Shown here one piece after another: positions 1 to 10,900 of a DNA stretch of 64,000 nucleotides. Position numbers and translations under genes: made by a program. Every line of letters starts with the position of its first letter. Within the stretch, counting starts at the first letter, position 1. Source of the stretch: Pelagomonas calceolata (lineage: Eukaryota); contig CAKKNE010000001.1 of assembly GCA_918797485.1 (NCBI GenBank), forward strand, positions 6,138,001 to 6,202,000, read 5' to 3'. The notes beneath the pieces were generated by a model. The model was given only the letters and a program-made list of their open reading frames with translations. It made no database searches and had not been told where the DNA came from.

Positions 1-522
1 GGCGCGCCTTTGTTGGAGCGCGCGGCGCGCTTCAAGGCCTCCCGAGATTCCGTGCGCGCCATGCAGGACGCGCTGGCCGAAAACTACGTCTTGTCGTCGT
101 GCGTCGAGATCCTGCCGCGCGGCTCGGGCGCGTCGACGTTCCACGATCTGGCCGTGGCACGGGCGGCCTTCGAGCAGGGCTGGGAACAAACTCGCGTCGA
201 CGCCTTCGTGCACAAGTCGGAGCCCTCGGACCACGCCTTGGTGCCGGCGCGCTGCCCGCCGCGGACGGGCGAGACGGCCGACGCCGTCACGCGGTGCCCC
301 TGTTTGTCGAACGAGACGAGCTACCGGGACCGCGTCGCGCCGTGGCCCGGGCCCGATCTGGTCTGGGCCCACCCCTGGCGCGACCCCTACGAGAACAGCA
401 CGCGGTCGGCGCGCATGCGCCTCGTCAAGGAGCGGATCCGGGCGCGCCGCGAGGCGCGGGACGCGGCGCGCATGTCGAGCATCGCGGGGGCGGGCGTCGC
501 GGGGACGCACGGGACGTTTTGA
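1..522 (+). CDS. 3' end of a fucosyltransferase-like (GT-B) protein, 5' truncated by the window edge
   Basis: DALAENYVLSSC...GASTF resembles the C-terminal 'A.aE.ylLS.cd...STF' motif of alpha-1,2/1,6-fucosyltransferases. Stop at 520-522. Confidence 0.45.
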   Translation, partial: GAPLLERAARFKASRDSVRAMQDALAENYVLSSCVEILPRGSGASTFHDLAVARAAFEQGWEQTRVDAFVHKSEPSDHALVPARCPPRTGETADAVTRCPCLSNETSYRDRVAPWPGPDLVWAHPWRDPYENSTRSARMRLVKERIRARREARDAARMSSIAGAGVAGTHGTF

Positions 523-539
523 GTTTTTAAGTTTCTGTA

Positions 540-1583
540 CTACTTCCAGTCCCCGACGCAGTCGAGGTAGTGGAGGAGATCCGCGAGGTTTTTGGTAGCG
601 ATGCCTGCGAAGCTCAACTTCACGGCGTCGCCGCGGATGCCGAAATGCGTCGGGCAAACGCGGCCGTCCCCATCTTGATAAGAACCAGGCAGGGGAATAG
701 GCGCTGACTTTGTTATAATCTCGGCTTCGCAAACTGGCGTCGCCATGGAACGCATGTTCACCAACCGTCGGGCCTCCAGGCACATCGCAAATTCGTGTTC
801 AGGGGTGTCATAATAACCCTCGAGATTTATATGGTCCTTAGACAGTTGCTCCTTGTGAGGGTGTTGAAAATTGAGCCGCAGTCTATCCTCAAACACTAAA
901 AGACTCTTCCCGTCCTCGCGCACGAGAAAGACCCTGGCGCTGCCAACAAGTCTTTCCAACAAGTCTTCCCACTCATCTAAGACCGTCCATACCCCACCAG
1001 CAGCTCGTTCAGCCTCCTCCGTCCACTCTTCGGTGGGCCTGGCGGCAAGGAAATGAGCCTCTTCAGGGCGGAGCGCTTGATTGAACATCCATCCTTCCGA
1101 CAGTTCGTAATAGTTTATCCCCGTCCTGCTTATTACCCTGTCGTGGTTCGCGCCGGTGAGTTCGAGTTTCGCACAAGTATGGGCGTCCTCGACACCATAA
1201 TCCCATGCTTCGACATCAGTAAGCTGCCCGCGCTGCACGAGGCGTCCGCCGCAGTCCAGCTTAATTTCGCAGACGACTTCACATGTGCGCGTCACGACGG
1301 TGTCACGAGGGCGCTGCCTCGACTGCTGTGCGAGGCTCGTCAGGACGCGCAGCGGGTGCGTGGCCGCGAGGCGTCTCTTGACGAACTCGCTGCCCAGCAC
1401 GGGTAGCTGTTCCTCGAGCGCCTTGAGCACCGTGGGATCCGTCACCGTCGCGGTGCGCTTCGACGTCGCGCACAGCGCTATGAAATCGATAGCAGGCGTG
1501 GCCTCGACCAGGGCAGCCCCACAGGCAGCCAAGACATCAGCTATTGATGGATGTGGCCTCTCATCATGACTAATGGACGTCAT
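540..1583 (-). CDS. Hypothetical protein (~347 aa)
   Basis: Long ORF with protein-like composition and first ATG at 1583. The promoter-like motif lies ~50 bp upstream. The 3' half is lower in GC than neighbouring genes. No family recognised. Confidence 0.6.
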   Translation of the reverse strand: MTSISHDERPHPSIADVLAACGAALVEATPAIDFIALCATSKRTATVTDPTVLKALEEQLPVLGSEFVKRRLAATHPLRVLTSLAQQSRQRPRDTVVTRTCEVVCEIKLDCGGRLVQRGQLTDVEAWDYGVEDAHTCAKLELTGANHDRVISRTGINYYELSEGWMFNQALRPEEAHFLAARPTEEWTEEAERAAGGVWTVLDEWEDLLERLVGSARVFLVREDGKSLLVFEDRLRLNFQHPHKEQLSKDHINLEGYYDTPEHEFAMCLEARRLVNMRSMATPVCEAEIITKSAPIPLPGSYQDGDGRVCPTHFGIRGDAVKLSFAGIATKNLADLLHYLDCVGDWK

Positions 1584-1633
1584 ACCCTTTTTTCGCACTC
1601 GTTGTGATTAAAATCTCGAACCGTCGGAAGCTT

Positions 1634-1656
1634 GCTAGTGTCTTACTAATGCTAGC
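1634..1656 (+). promoter_or_regulatory. Recurrent intergenic motif CTAGTGTCTTAC-N-GCTAG, copy 1
   Basis: gCTAGTGTCTTACtaatGCTAGc lies between divergent starts at 1583(-) and 1706(+). Confidence 0.65.
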
Positions 1657-1705
1657 AACCTGGGAAAGCACCGACCGAGGATTTCATTGTACACGGCCGC
1701 AAACG

Positions 1706-3040
1706 ATGCATGCGTTGCTTCTTGGATCGCTTTTGGTCATATCCAGACGATGCACAGCGATCACGACCATCGCTAAGGACGACGCCGTCCGACGAGACAC
1801 AGCACTGACCCGAAGCGCCGGCGGCGCGGCCGCGGACGCCAGCGCCGCGGACGCAGCACTGACCCGCAGCACCGGCGGCGCGGTCGCGGACGCCAGCGCC
1901 GCGGACGCAGCACTGACCCGCAGCACCGGCGGCGCGGTCGCGTGGCGACCCGTTCCGTCGTTTGCGATCAATTTGGACCTCGCGCCCGAGCAACGCTACG
2001 TAGGAGTGGCGACGCGTTTCAATTCATCCATCTGGCGCTTCTACGACAAGCTCTTCGCGCACGACGCCGCGTTGACCAATGCGCTGTACGCCATGGTCGA
2101 TAAGAGAGGCCCGGAGCCCGACAGCGTGATGAGAGGTGAGATCGAAGGCATCGTCGCGACGACGCGCCTGCCCGCGAAGTTCGTCCAGGGCGTGCAAGCC
2201 CTCTACGAACTGCAGACGCTCATGGTGCCCGTGGTAAATGGCTCGTCGCGCCAGGACCCGCTGCCGCGCCGGTACCGCGCGCTGGAGAGCTGGCCGCTGC
2301 GCGGCCCGGGCTGCACGGGTATTGTTGCGACGAACACCGCGGACGGAACGGTGGTCCACGCTAGGAACATGGACCTGGCTCCCGTGAAGTTGTTCGCGCC
2401 GCTCGTCTACGAGGGCGTCTTCACGCGGAACGGATCGGTCGTGTTCCGCGCCGAGATGGTCGCGGGCTACGTGTCGCTCCTCACGGGGTACCGACCCGGC
2501 GCCTCCGGATACGTCGTCGAGCGGAACACGCGCTACCCGGCGCACAAAGGAGGCAACCGCGAGATGCTCGATAATCTGCTCGAAGGCGTGCCGTTGTCGG
2601 GCTGGACGCTGCGGCGCATGATCGAAAGCATCTCGACCTACGACGAGGCGCAAGCCAAGGTCCAGAGCGCGCATTTCGTCGCGACGGAGTATGTTGTCAT
2701 GTCGGGCGTCCGTCGAGGCCACATCATCGCGCGGGACCCTGCTAGCGTCGCGCACCTGTCGACGCTCGGCCCGTCGGCCTACGTGATCGTGACGAACTTT
2801 GACTACTGGTGGCACGACGTGAGGGAGTATTTGGACCCGACGGGCGGCCACCTCGGGCTCCCGCGGCGCGTCGCGGCGCAGCGCATCCTGAACGCGTCCC
2901 TGAACACCGGCCTCGCGCTGACGCCCGGATTGCTGAACGCGACCATCTCGGCGGACGGCGTCCTCGCGGACACGATCTTCCAGGCCGTCGCCGACGTCGA
3001 GGTAGGTCTGTGGTCGATCGCGCAGCCGGTGCTGCCGTGA
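1706..3040 (+). CDS. Acid ceramidase / N-acylethanolamine acid amidase (Ntn-hydrolase), secreted or lysosomal
   Basis: Signal peptide; alpha-subunit motif INLDLAPEQRY; catalytic start CTGIVA...VHARNMD; VTNFDYW. Confidence 0.85.
   Translation: MHALLLGSLLVISRRCTAITTIAKDDAVRRDTALTRSAGGAAADASAADAALTRSTGGAVADASAADAALTRSTGGAVAWRPVPSFAINLDLAPEQRYVGVATRFNSSIWRFYDKLFAHDAALTNALYAMVDKRGPEPDSVMRGEIEGIVATTRLPAKFVQGVQALYELQTLMVPVVNGSSRQDPLPRRYRALESWPLRGPGCTGIVATNTADGTVVHARNMDLAPVKLFAPLVYEGVFTRNGSVVFRAEMVAGYVSLLTGYRPGASGYVVERNTRYPAHKGGNREMLDNLLEGVPLSGWTLRRMIESISTYDEAQAKVQSAHFVATEYVVMSGVRRGHIIARDPASVAHLSTLGPSAYVIVTNFDYWWHDVREYLDPTGGHLGLPRRVAAQRILNASLNTGLALTPGLLNATISADGVLADTIFQAVADVEVGLWSIAQPVLP
1800..1942 (+). 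repeat. 54-bp coding tandem repeat, ~2.6 copies (ALTRS[A/T]GGA[A/V]ADASAADA)
   Basis: Near-identical units start at 1800, 1854 and 1908 with cagcactgaccc. Confidence 0.9.
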
Positions 3041-3084
3041 AGTTGTCTGTGACTTCTAGTTTTAAGAATTTTTTAGCTGTTAAT

Positions 3085-6000
3085 TCACCCGTCCGGCGTC
3101 CCCCCCTCGTGCGGCCGCACCTTCGTCGGCGCGATGCGGTTGCAGTCGTCGTTCGACGGCCAGCGGATTTCGTAGAACTTGAGCTTGCCGGCGCCGTCCT
3201 TCACGAGGTCGTCGACGGTGCCGCGGTACCATCGGGCGCCTGCGCGACGCGACCAACTCAAACGCGCCACGACGGACACAACACACAAACAGAGCGCGCG
3301 CGCAACACACACACGCGGGCGAATCACGCTCAGGTCCATGCCGAACAGCGCATCCACATCAGCCCCCACCGCAAAAAAGTCAGCGGCAAAGGCCGAGAGC
3401 CGGCGCTTCGGCGGCTTCGGCGACGCGGCCGGCTTGGGCCGCTTCTTCTTCTTTGACGGCAACAGGTGGCGGCCGTCCTCGTCGGCCGGCCGCACGGAGC
3501 GCGCCGCGCAGGACTCGACGCGGCCGTCGTCCAGGACCACGTCGTAGCCGACCGCCGACGAAGACTTCACGCGCCCGAGCACCCAGACCTCCTCCTTGCG
3601 GCCCTTGCGCTGGCGCACCTCGACGCGCTCGCCGACCTGGAGCGCCGTCGGGAACAGGCCCCCGAACTCGTCGACCATGTCCTCGTCGTCGTCGCGGTCG
3701 TCGAGGACCTCGTCCTCGCCGCCGCCGTCGCGGCGGCGGCGCTGCCGCTTCTGCGCGCTCCAGCACGTGGGCGCGCCCCTCAGGAGCTGGTCCAGGGTCA
3801 GCGTCGCGCTCTTGCCCGCGGCGGGGCCGGTGTCGAAGACGACGGAGTACATCGTGGGCGCCGGCCCCGTCTCGGCCTTCCCATACAACTCGGTCGTGCG
3901 GCGCCGGCTGCGCTGCGGCACGGGGTTCGAGACCGTTGTGATGACGCCGCTGCCCTGGCCCACGACCTCCACTCTATCACCGGGCAGGAACGCGCCGTCG
4001 GTCTTGTCGTGGCCCGGCCGCCGGCTGCGCGGCGACCCGTCGCGGCTGTGGCTCCCGCCGGCGTCGTAGCCGCCGCCGCGCGCCGCCCGCTTCCTGTGTG
4101 GACATCAAACGTCACGCCCCCGTAACCGCGTCGATTGATTCCCACACGGCCCGCCACAGCTTCTTCTCCCACTTCCGCGACGCCTTCCAGGCGACCTGGA
4201 ACTCCGTCTCCCACAAATCTTCTTGAATATCGATGGCGTCGATGCCCTCCGGGGGCTTGTACGTGACCCTCGTGCAGGCCTGGTACGTGCCGTCCTCGGC
4301 CTGCACGCGTCCCACCCCGATGACCACGCCGTCGCACGGCACGTCGTCTCCATTATGTAAAGTGACGTTCGTCCGCACGAGATCGCCGATGCGCTCGCCC
4401 TCCAGCAAAAACGCGCCCTCGTCCTGCGGCGACGGCGTCCACTTCCCACTATCGTCCCGCGTCCAGTTGCCGCCCTCCACTTCCAAGGAAGACGCGTCCC
4501 TCCTCTTAAACGCCTCCCACCTCACAAACGCGTCCCGCGCCGCGCCGAACTCGTCGTCGCCCGCGTAATGATACAAGTCCTGCTGGAAGCCGTTTTCATA
4601 CACAACTCGCACGCACGCGACCTGGTCCTCGTCGTCCTCGTGTATTAGTAATGAACCGACGCCGATGACCTCGCCCTCGAGCACCGTGCCGTCCACGTTG
4701 CGCCAGACCTTCGTCCCGATCAACGGCCCGTCCGTCCTAAAGTCCTCCCTATCTTCCTTGGGCACGACCCACTTCCCCTCCTTTTTCGTCCAGTCGCCCT
4801 CGAACTCGACCGGCGTGTCGAACTTCTTCACCGCCTCGCGATGTAACAGGTCCGCGTCCTTCTTCGCCTTCTTCTCCGCTTCCACGTCCTTCTTCGACCG
4901 CGGGCCGCGGCCGCCCTCGACCTTCACGGCCTCGAGGCGCTTCGTCACGCTGCGGTCCTCGCGCTTCAGCGTCGAGACGGGCGGCCGCGGCACGGACAGC
5001 GCGGGCGGGCCGCCCTCGACCCAGCACGTGCCCTTGAGCTCGTTCGTCGGCGAGAGCTTGTAGAGCTTGAGCTTCTTCTGGAACTCGGCTTTGTTGGTAG
5101 TACAGTGCGCGCAGCCGACGAGCTTGCAGGTGTGCGGCGGCGTCGTGTCCGACAGGTTCGCGAGGATGGCGTCGCGCTCGGCGCCCGGGTCTCCCACATA
5201 TTCGTGGCGGTACGACGGCCTAAGTTTGTCGCGCGTCGTCGGCGCCCAGGTCCCGGCCTTCTGGGCGAGCGAGCGCCCTCTTACGTCCGTCGTCGCCTCA
5301 TCCTTGTCGGCCTTGTGGTTTCTGGCGGACGGGCGCCACCGCGGGCTCCTATCCCGACACTTGCCGAACGTCGGGTGCATCGTGATGGACGTGACTCGTC
5401 TTCCTGTGGACGTCAATTGCGCCGCGACGGTCTCGGCCAGCATCCAGCCCAGCCCGATGCCCTGGAAGTCCGGCAGGATGACGACGCGGTGCTCCCGACT
5501 ACCGCCGCTCGTCCCTTCCCCGGCGCCGGGCATGCCTAGAGCTGTGTTGACACTATGAAAGCCGATGGGCCGGCCGTGCAACCGGAGCTCCCAGCTCCAG
5601 CAGCTCTTGTTGATGTCCTCGGTCAGGTAGTGGTGGCGCTTGAACGAGTCGAAGTGGTAGTACGGGCACCGCTGCAGCTGCAAGTTGACCGAGGGCGCCG
5701 CGAAGAGCTCGTCGAGCCGCGCCACGTCCGTCGTCGCGGGCTCGTCGGTCGCCGCGAGGCGATCCGCGTGTAGTAGTACTAAACAGCCCGTGCGCGTGTC
5801 GCCCGTGTCCTCAAATACGTTGCCCTTCTTGTTCTTCTGCCACCAGCACGTCGTCACGACCGCCGTCATGAAGAGCCAGCGCGGCTTCAGGAAGGCCACG
5901 ACGTCCTCGTGGACTGTGGCGCAGACGACGTGCTGCAGGTTGTGCTGCGCCACGTAGGCAGCGACGCCCGCCGCGACGCGCCGCGCGAGGGGCCGGGCAG

Positions 6001-7640
6001 CGAGGCTCGTGAACTCGTCCAACACACATTCGGACGCCAGCAGCCAGGCGATCTGGCAGCGCGCGCGGCCGCACTGCGTCAGCTGGTCGATCCGCGACGA
6101 CCGCTCGTCGTCGTCGACGGCGGCGGCGTCCAGTCGCGCGGCCGCGTCGGCCTCGCCGAACTTGTCCCGGAAGAGCTTCGCGACCGTCGCGTTCATATCC
6201 CAGTCCGGCTCGCGCGTCGCGACCTTGCCCTCCTCCACACCTTTGAAGACGCGTCTCAGCACCGTCGTCTTCCCGGAGCCGCTCGGCCCGTGGACCACGC
6301 CGATGGACCACGCGCCCTTGATTTTCGACGCCGGGAAGTCCGGCGGCGCAAACACACAACTCCCGTCAAATTCAAAGTCGAACGCCGCCGACGCTGCCTT
6401 GGCGCAGGCGTCGACCTTGACCTGGCACTTGTAGTCCTCGGGCAGCTTGCCGTCGCCCAAGACAACTTTCTCGATGGCCTCGGGCTCGATACTATACGAA
6501 GCCGTGATCTCCCGCACGAGATCCGTCTCGCGATTCTTGCGGCGGTCGCGCGCGTTCGGCAGGCCGCCGTGCGTCCAGTCGCACGCGAAGGAAACATTCG
6601 GGCGTAGGGGCTTGTCCGTCGGGCGCAAATACAACGTGTCGGCGGCGACGTCGTAGCACCAGTCCGGCTGGAGGTACGCGCAGACGTCGTCGTGCGCCGT
6701 CGCGAGGACCAGGCCCGACATTCTTAGGCGCCGCGCGTATTTGCCGACCGCGCACGCCATGGACCGCGCCGCGTCGCGGTTGACCACGCACGCAAAGTCG
6801 TTCACCACACAAAATTGCTTCTGAGACGCGGCGTGGCGCGCGAGGCACGTCGCCACGTCGACGCGCGCGGCCTCACCGTTACTGAGGGCCTTGTGCGGCC
6901 GGAGCCACGACGGCACCGAGGACAGCCCGCACGCGCCCAGCCTCGCGGCTGCCTTGTCGGCGCGCTCCTTGTCGTCGCCCGTCTCGAGCTTCGCTAGGAC
7001 GGACACGACGGACTCGTCGTCGGGAAACGTCTGCACCGACAGGTTGTGCGTGTGGCCGAAGTGCCGCGCTAAGTATTGGTCGCGCGCGGCGTCCGCGCGG
7101 CCGAGGACGAGGCCGACGCTGAAGCCTTGCGGCGGGTCGGAGTTGTTGGTGCGCGTCATTTTGTGAATGTGTTCTCTCACCGTCCGAGAGCTTGCGTCGG
7201 TTTCACGGCGCTCACGATTTTCCGGGGCACGCGCGTGCAGGAGCAGGGTCCGGGTGTATGGCGCCGCCGGCCGAGCAACTGTGTGGGCGCGCCGCGCTCT
7301 CGGTCGCTCGTTATCAGCCGGAACCTGAAATGCTCTCCCGAGCTATTCGCTGCGGGAGGGTAACGCAGCGGGAAAAGCTGCAAGGGCAGTGATGCCTGGC
7401 TTTGTCGCTACGCTTTCGCAGCTTCTGCTGCGTCCCGGATCCACTAGGAGCTCCGTGCGCAGCGTTTTTTGCCAAAGGCTGAGCAGCAAATGGGTTTGGG
7501 CCAATCCTGCCCGCTAAATCGAGTCCGATCTCTTCGAAAGTCTCTTCAGGCTTCGTCAAGCGCCCAACCCGATGTGAAAAAACGACGCTTCGAGGCAGGA
7601 AAAAAACGTGACGGGTTTCTAAGGCATCGTCGTCGACCAT
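3085..7640 (-). CDS. Tandem ABC-ATPase (one degenerate) + GNAT acetyltransferase + multiple Tudor/Agenet-like domains; multi-exon, 5' exons uncertain
   Basis: Motifs LSNGEAARV, GPSGSGKTT, CVLDEFTS and REHRVVILPDFQGIGLG. Removing intron 4157-4094 joins ORF 4112..7180 in frame to ORF 3085..3972 (KKL|KRAARGGGY...FLPGDRVEVVGQG). Probable intron 7180-7119 (GT..AG, in frame) and possible GC-AG intron 3329-3240. The ATG at 7640 is a guess. Confidence 0.75.
4094..4149. mobile_element. Introner element (56 bp) forming intron 4157-4094 (-)
   Basis: TIRs CTGTGTGGACATCAA / TTGATTCCCACACGG. Flanking 8-mers cccgcttc / cccgccac match 6/8. The GT donor lies in the TSD and the AG acceptor at the TIR end; splicing restores the frame. 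Confidence 0.8.
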
Positions 7641-7963
7641 TTTGCAACCAAAGAGCATCGATAGCTCGCAGCGCTGCTGCGTGATAGATTTTTCGCAGTG
7701 CTGCGTATAGTCGCAGCATTGTTGGGACGCTGCGGACCGCTCAGGCTCTGCAGCACACGATTGCATCAAGCAGCCAAATATAAATTATTGACGCTCGCGA
7801 CGCACGAGTGGCATTGAGAACCCGCGAGGAGCGTAGCAGGACGCCTCTCTTAGAACGTGACAGAGAACAGAAGAACTAGACCAGAGACCCGAGACACGCG
7901 GCACTGCCGACAGCGCTAGCGCTTCAGACAGCAAACAACAGACGGAACGCACAGAAGCGTTGC

Positions 7964-10900
7964 ATGCCCCCCCGCCGCGTCCTCGGCCCCGGCGGCCGCC
8001 GCCGCCTCGGCCCCTCCAAGGAAGCCACCAAGTCCATCGGCGCGGGCGGCGGCGGCTCGTCCAAGGCTGATGGGGGAGCGCGCCTCAAGGGCAAGATCGC
8101 CGTCCTCAAGAGGGCGGAGAAGTTCGGGTTTATATCACCTCTGACGGACGGCGCCTTCGACGACGACGCGCCGCCGCCCAAGAAGCTGTACTTTAGCTTC
8201 GCGGACTGCGACTGCGACCCTTCGCGATTGAGGGAGTGGCAGCGCGTGACCTACGCGCCGCCCGCGCAAGGGACCGACCGGGCCTCGCACATCGAACTGG
8301 ATCTCGTTGGTTCCACGCCACATTTAGATGAAACACGCTTCGGCCACGTCGACTCCATTTTGACCAATGTGCGGAGCCACGACAGTACCAATGTCGAGCG
8401 CCAGTCGCTGGCGGCCTGCGACGTGACGGCGGCCACTACTTTCTGCGTGTCGCTGGACGCGCCTTCCATCCTCCTAAGGCCGAACGAGGTCTGCGAGGTG
8501 CTCTCTAGGGATGACCTGCCCTTCAAGGCCGTCGAGAGTCTGGTGAAGGCCCTAGCTAGTCAAGACGCGGCCGAGGCGGCGAGTGGGGCTGCGAGAGTCG
8601 TGTACCAGACCTGCTCGCGCTCTCCGTTGTTGTTGAGCGGCCGGGGCGCGCGCGCCATGCTGCTCCGAGCCGGGTCTCGTAGACAGCAGCAACAAGGCGA
8701 CGCGGCGATGCTGCTCCAAGTGACGATCGTCGCGGGCGCGTGCCTGGACGCTGATAGATCTTGTTATGAGAATTTACAAGATCTCCTCGAGCAGATCCGG
8801 GATCTCGTGGACGAGCGCAAGCGCGAGTCGTCCCAAGACTGGGTCGCTGCCCGGAAAGAGGCCCTCGCCGTGTTGCAAAGAGCCGACGCGTTACGAGCGG
8901 ACGCCAAGCGGCTGACGTCGTCGTCCGACGCCGACTTTCGACGGGTCGCGCCCTTCCCTTCCAGAAGAGACGTCACGCTCGCGCGGCCGCTCGAGGATGT
9001 TGTTAAAAATCAGATCACGGGCGAGCAGGCCTCGGCCGAGGCCTATGTGGCGACGCACTTCCATTTACTCAGGGCGGACTTCCTCGGTCCCTTGCGAGAT
9101 GGACTAAGAGCCGTGTCGAACGGCGAGTCGTCGAGAGACGTTGACGTGTACCGGACGTGCGCGTTGCGAGGTATCATACAAAGAAGAGGCTTACTACATC
9201 GCTTCGAGTGCGCCGGCGACCGGGAGCCCTGGGCCAAAGCGTCGTGGGCGAAGGCCAGCGAGGGCCAGCGCAAGGGCCGGCTGATGAACGGCGCGCTCGT
9301 CATTGTGGTGGACCCGACGACGCTGGGGGAGCAGACCTGGGTCTGTGCGGTTGTTCGATCTAGAGAGTTACGCAAGGACAAGAGCCTGGTCATTGATTTG
9401 GAGGTCGAAGGGGCGTTGGCTTTTGGGAGAAGCTATTCCCTGGTCGAGTGCACCTCCACATACTTCGAAGCGTATCGATGGGTCCTGAACTGCCTCCAGG
9501 CGGCGGACCTCGAAGCGTTCGCGCAGAATCGAGTATTACAGACATTCCTACGTCTACCGGAAGAACCACCTCCACCGGACTACGTGTTTCCCCAGGACGA
9601 GTACGTGTTTGGGACGGAGAAGCGACGCGTTTTAGATGAGGATGCCTGGCCCGTCGATGGCTGGGGGTCCCTCGACAAGTCGCAGGCCGCGGCGGTGAAA
9701 CGAGCACTCACCAAAAGTGTCGCCGTGATCCAGGGCCCGCCGGGAGCTGGCAAGACGCACGTCGGGCTGGAGGTCATGCGTTTGCTGCTCGCAAATGTCT
9801 GCGGCGCGAAGGCGAAGAATCCTTTTGTCGTCATGTGCGCGACGAATCACGCGTTGGACGCCTTCCTCGAGGGCGTGCTGGAGTTCGAAAGTAGCATCGT
9901 GCGCGTCGGCGGGCGTTCGAGTTGCGAAGCCTTGGCGGATAAGAATTTGAGGGAACTCTCAAAAGCGTGGCGCGAGATGGACGAGCGCGCGGCCGAAGGA
10001 AGTTTGTTGGGGGCCCAGCACGTCCGCGGGCGCCGGGCGCTGTACGGACGCTTGAAGACGCTGGAAGAAACCATTACCAAACTCGCGAAGGAGGCCCACG
10101 CTTTGTCGAAGGGTGCTTCCTTGCAGGACCTCGAGCAGTGGCTCCGCGAGGGGAGTGATGAGGACGACTTCGACCCGCTCGGCGTCACGGAGGAGCACCT
10201 CAGAAGTTTGTGCTCGCGACCGTGCAAGGACGTCCTCGGGACGTGGCTCGAGAGCGACGCGCCCGAGAAGTTACTCGCGAAGCCGCCCGACATCCGATCC
10301 ACCAAAAAAGTCGAGCCCAAAGTGAACACGACAGAAGAGGAGGAGCCCGACCCCGACGCCGTCGATACAAAAGCGGCGATGGCCGACGAGGCCGACGACG
10401 TTCCCAAAAAGCGCGAGGCCGTCTTCTTGGACATCGGCATGGCGCCCTTTGTCAATGCAGGCAACCGCAAGGCTAGGCGCCGGGGCAAGCGCGGGCCGAA
10501 CGCGCCGCCGCCTCCTCCAAATGTAGGTGAGGACGTGTGGAGCTGGCCTTTATTGCAAAGACGCCAGGCCTGGGCGGCCTGGGGCTCTGCCATTCATAGG
10601 AGAAGGATTAATGAATTAAGGTCCTGTGCCGCTCGGGCGGAACGGACGCGGCGCGAGATGGAGCGCTTGGATCGAGACGTCGACGCGGAGGTATTGCGCG
10701 CTGCCAAAGTCGTCGGCTTGACCACGACGTCCGTCGCGAAACGACGCGATTTATTAAGGTTGATCGGCGCGGAGGTCCTCATCTGCGAGGAGGCCGCCGA
10801 GGTGCTCGAGGCGCACGTCCTCGCGGCCGTCTCGGCGACGACGAAGCATGTCGTACTCATTGGCGACCACGAACAATTAAGACCGGGCACGGCCGTCTAC

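Noticed and set aside
7310..7380. TPP-riboswitch-like GAACCTGA...GTAA hairpin
   Set aside because: There is no upstream CTGAGA element and the spacing does not fit the aptamer.
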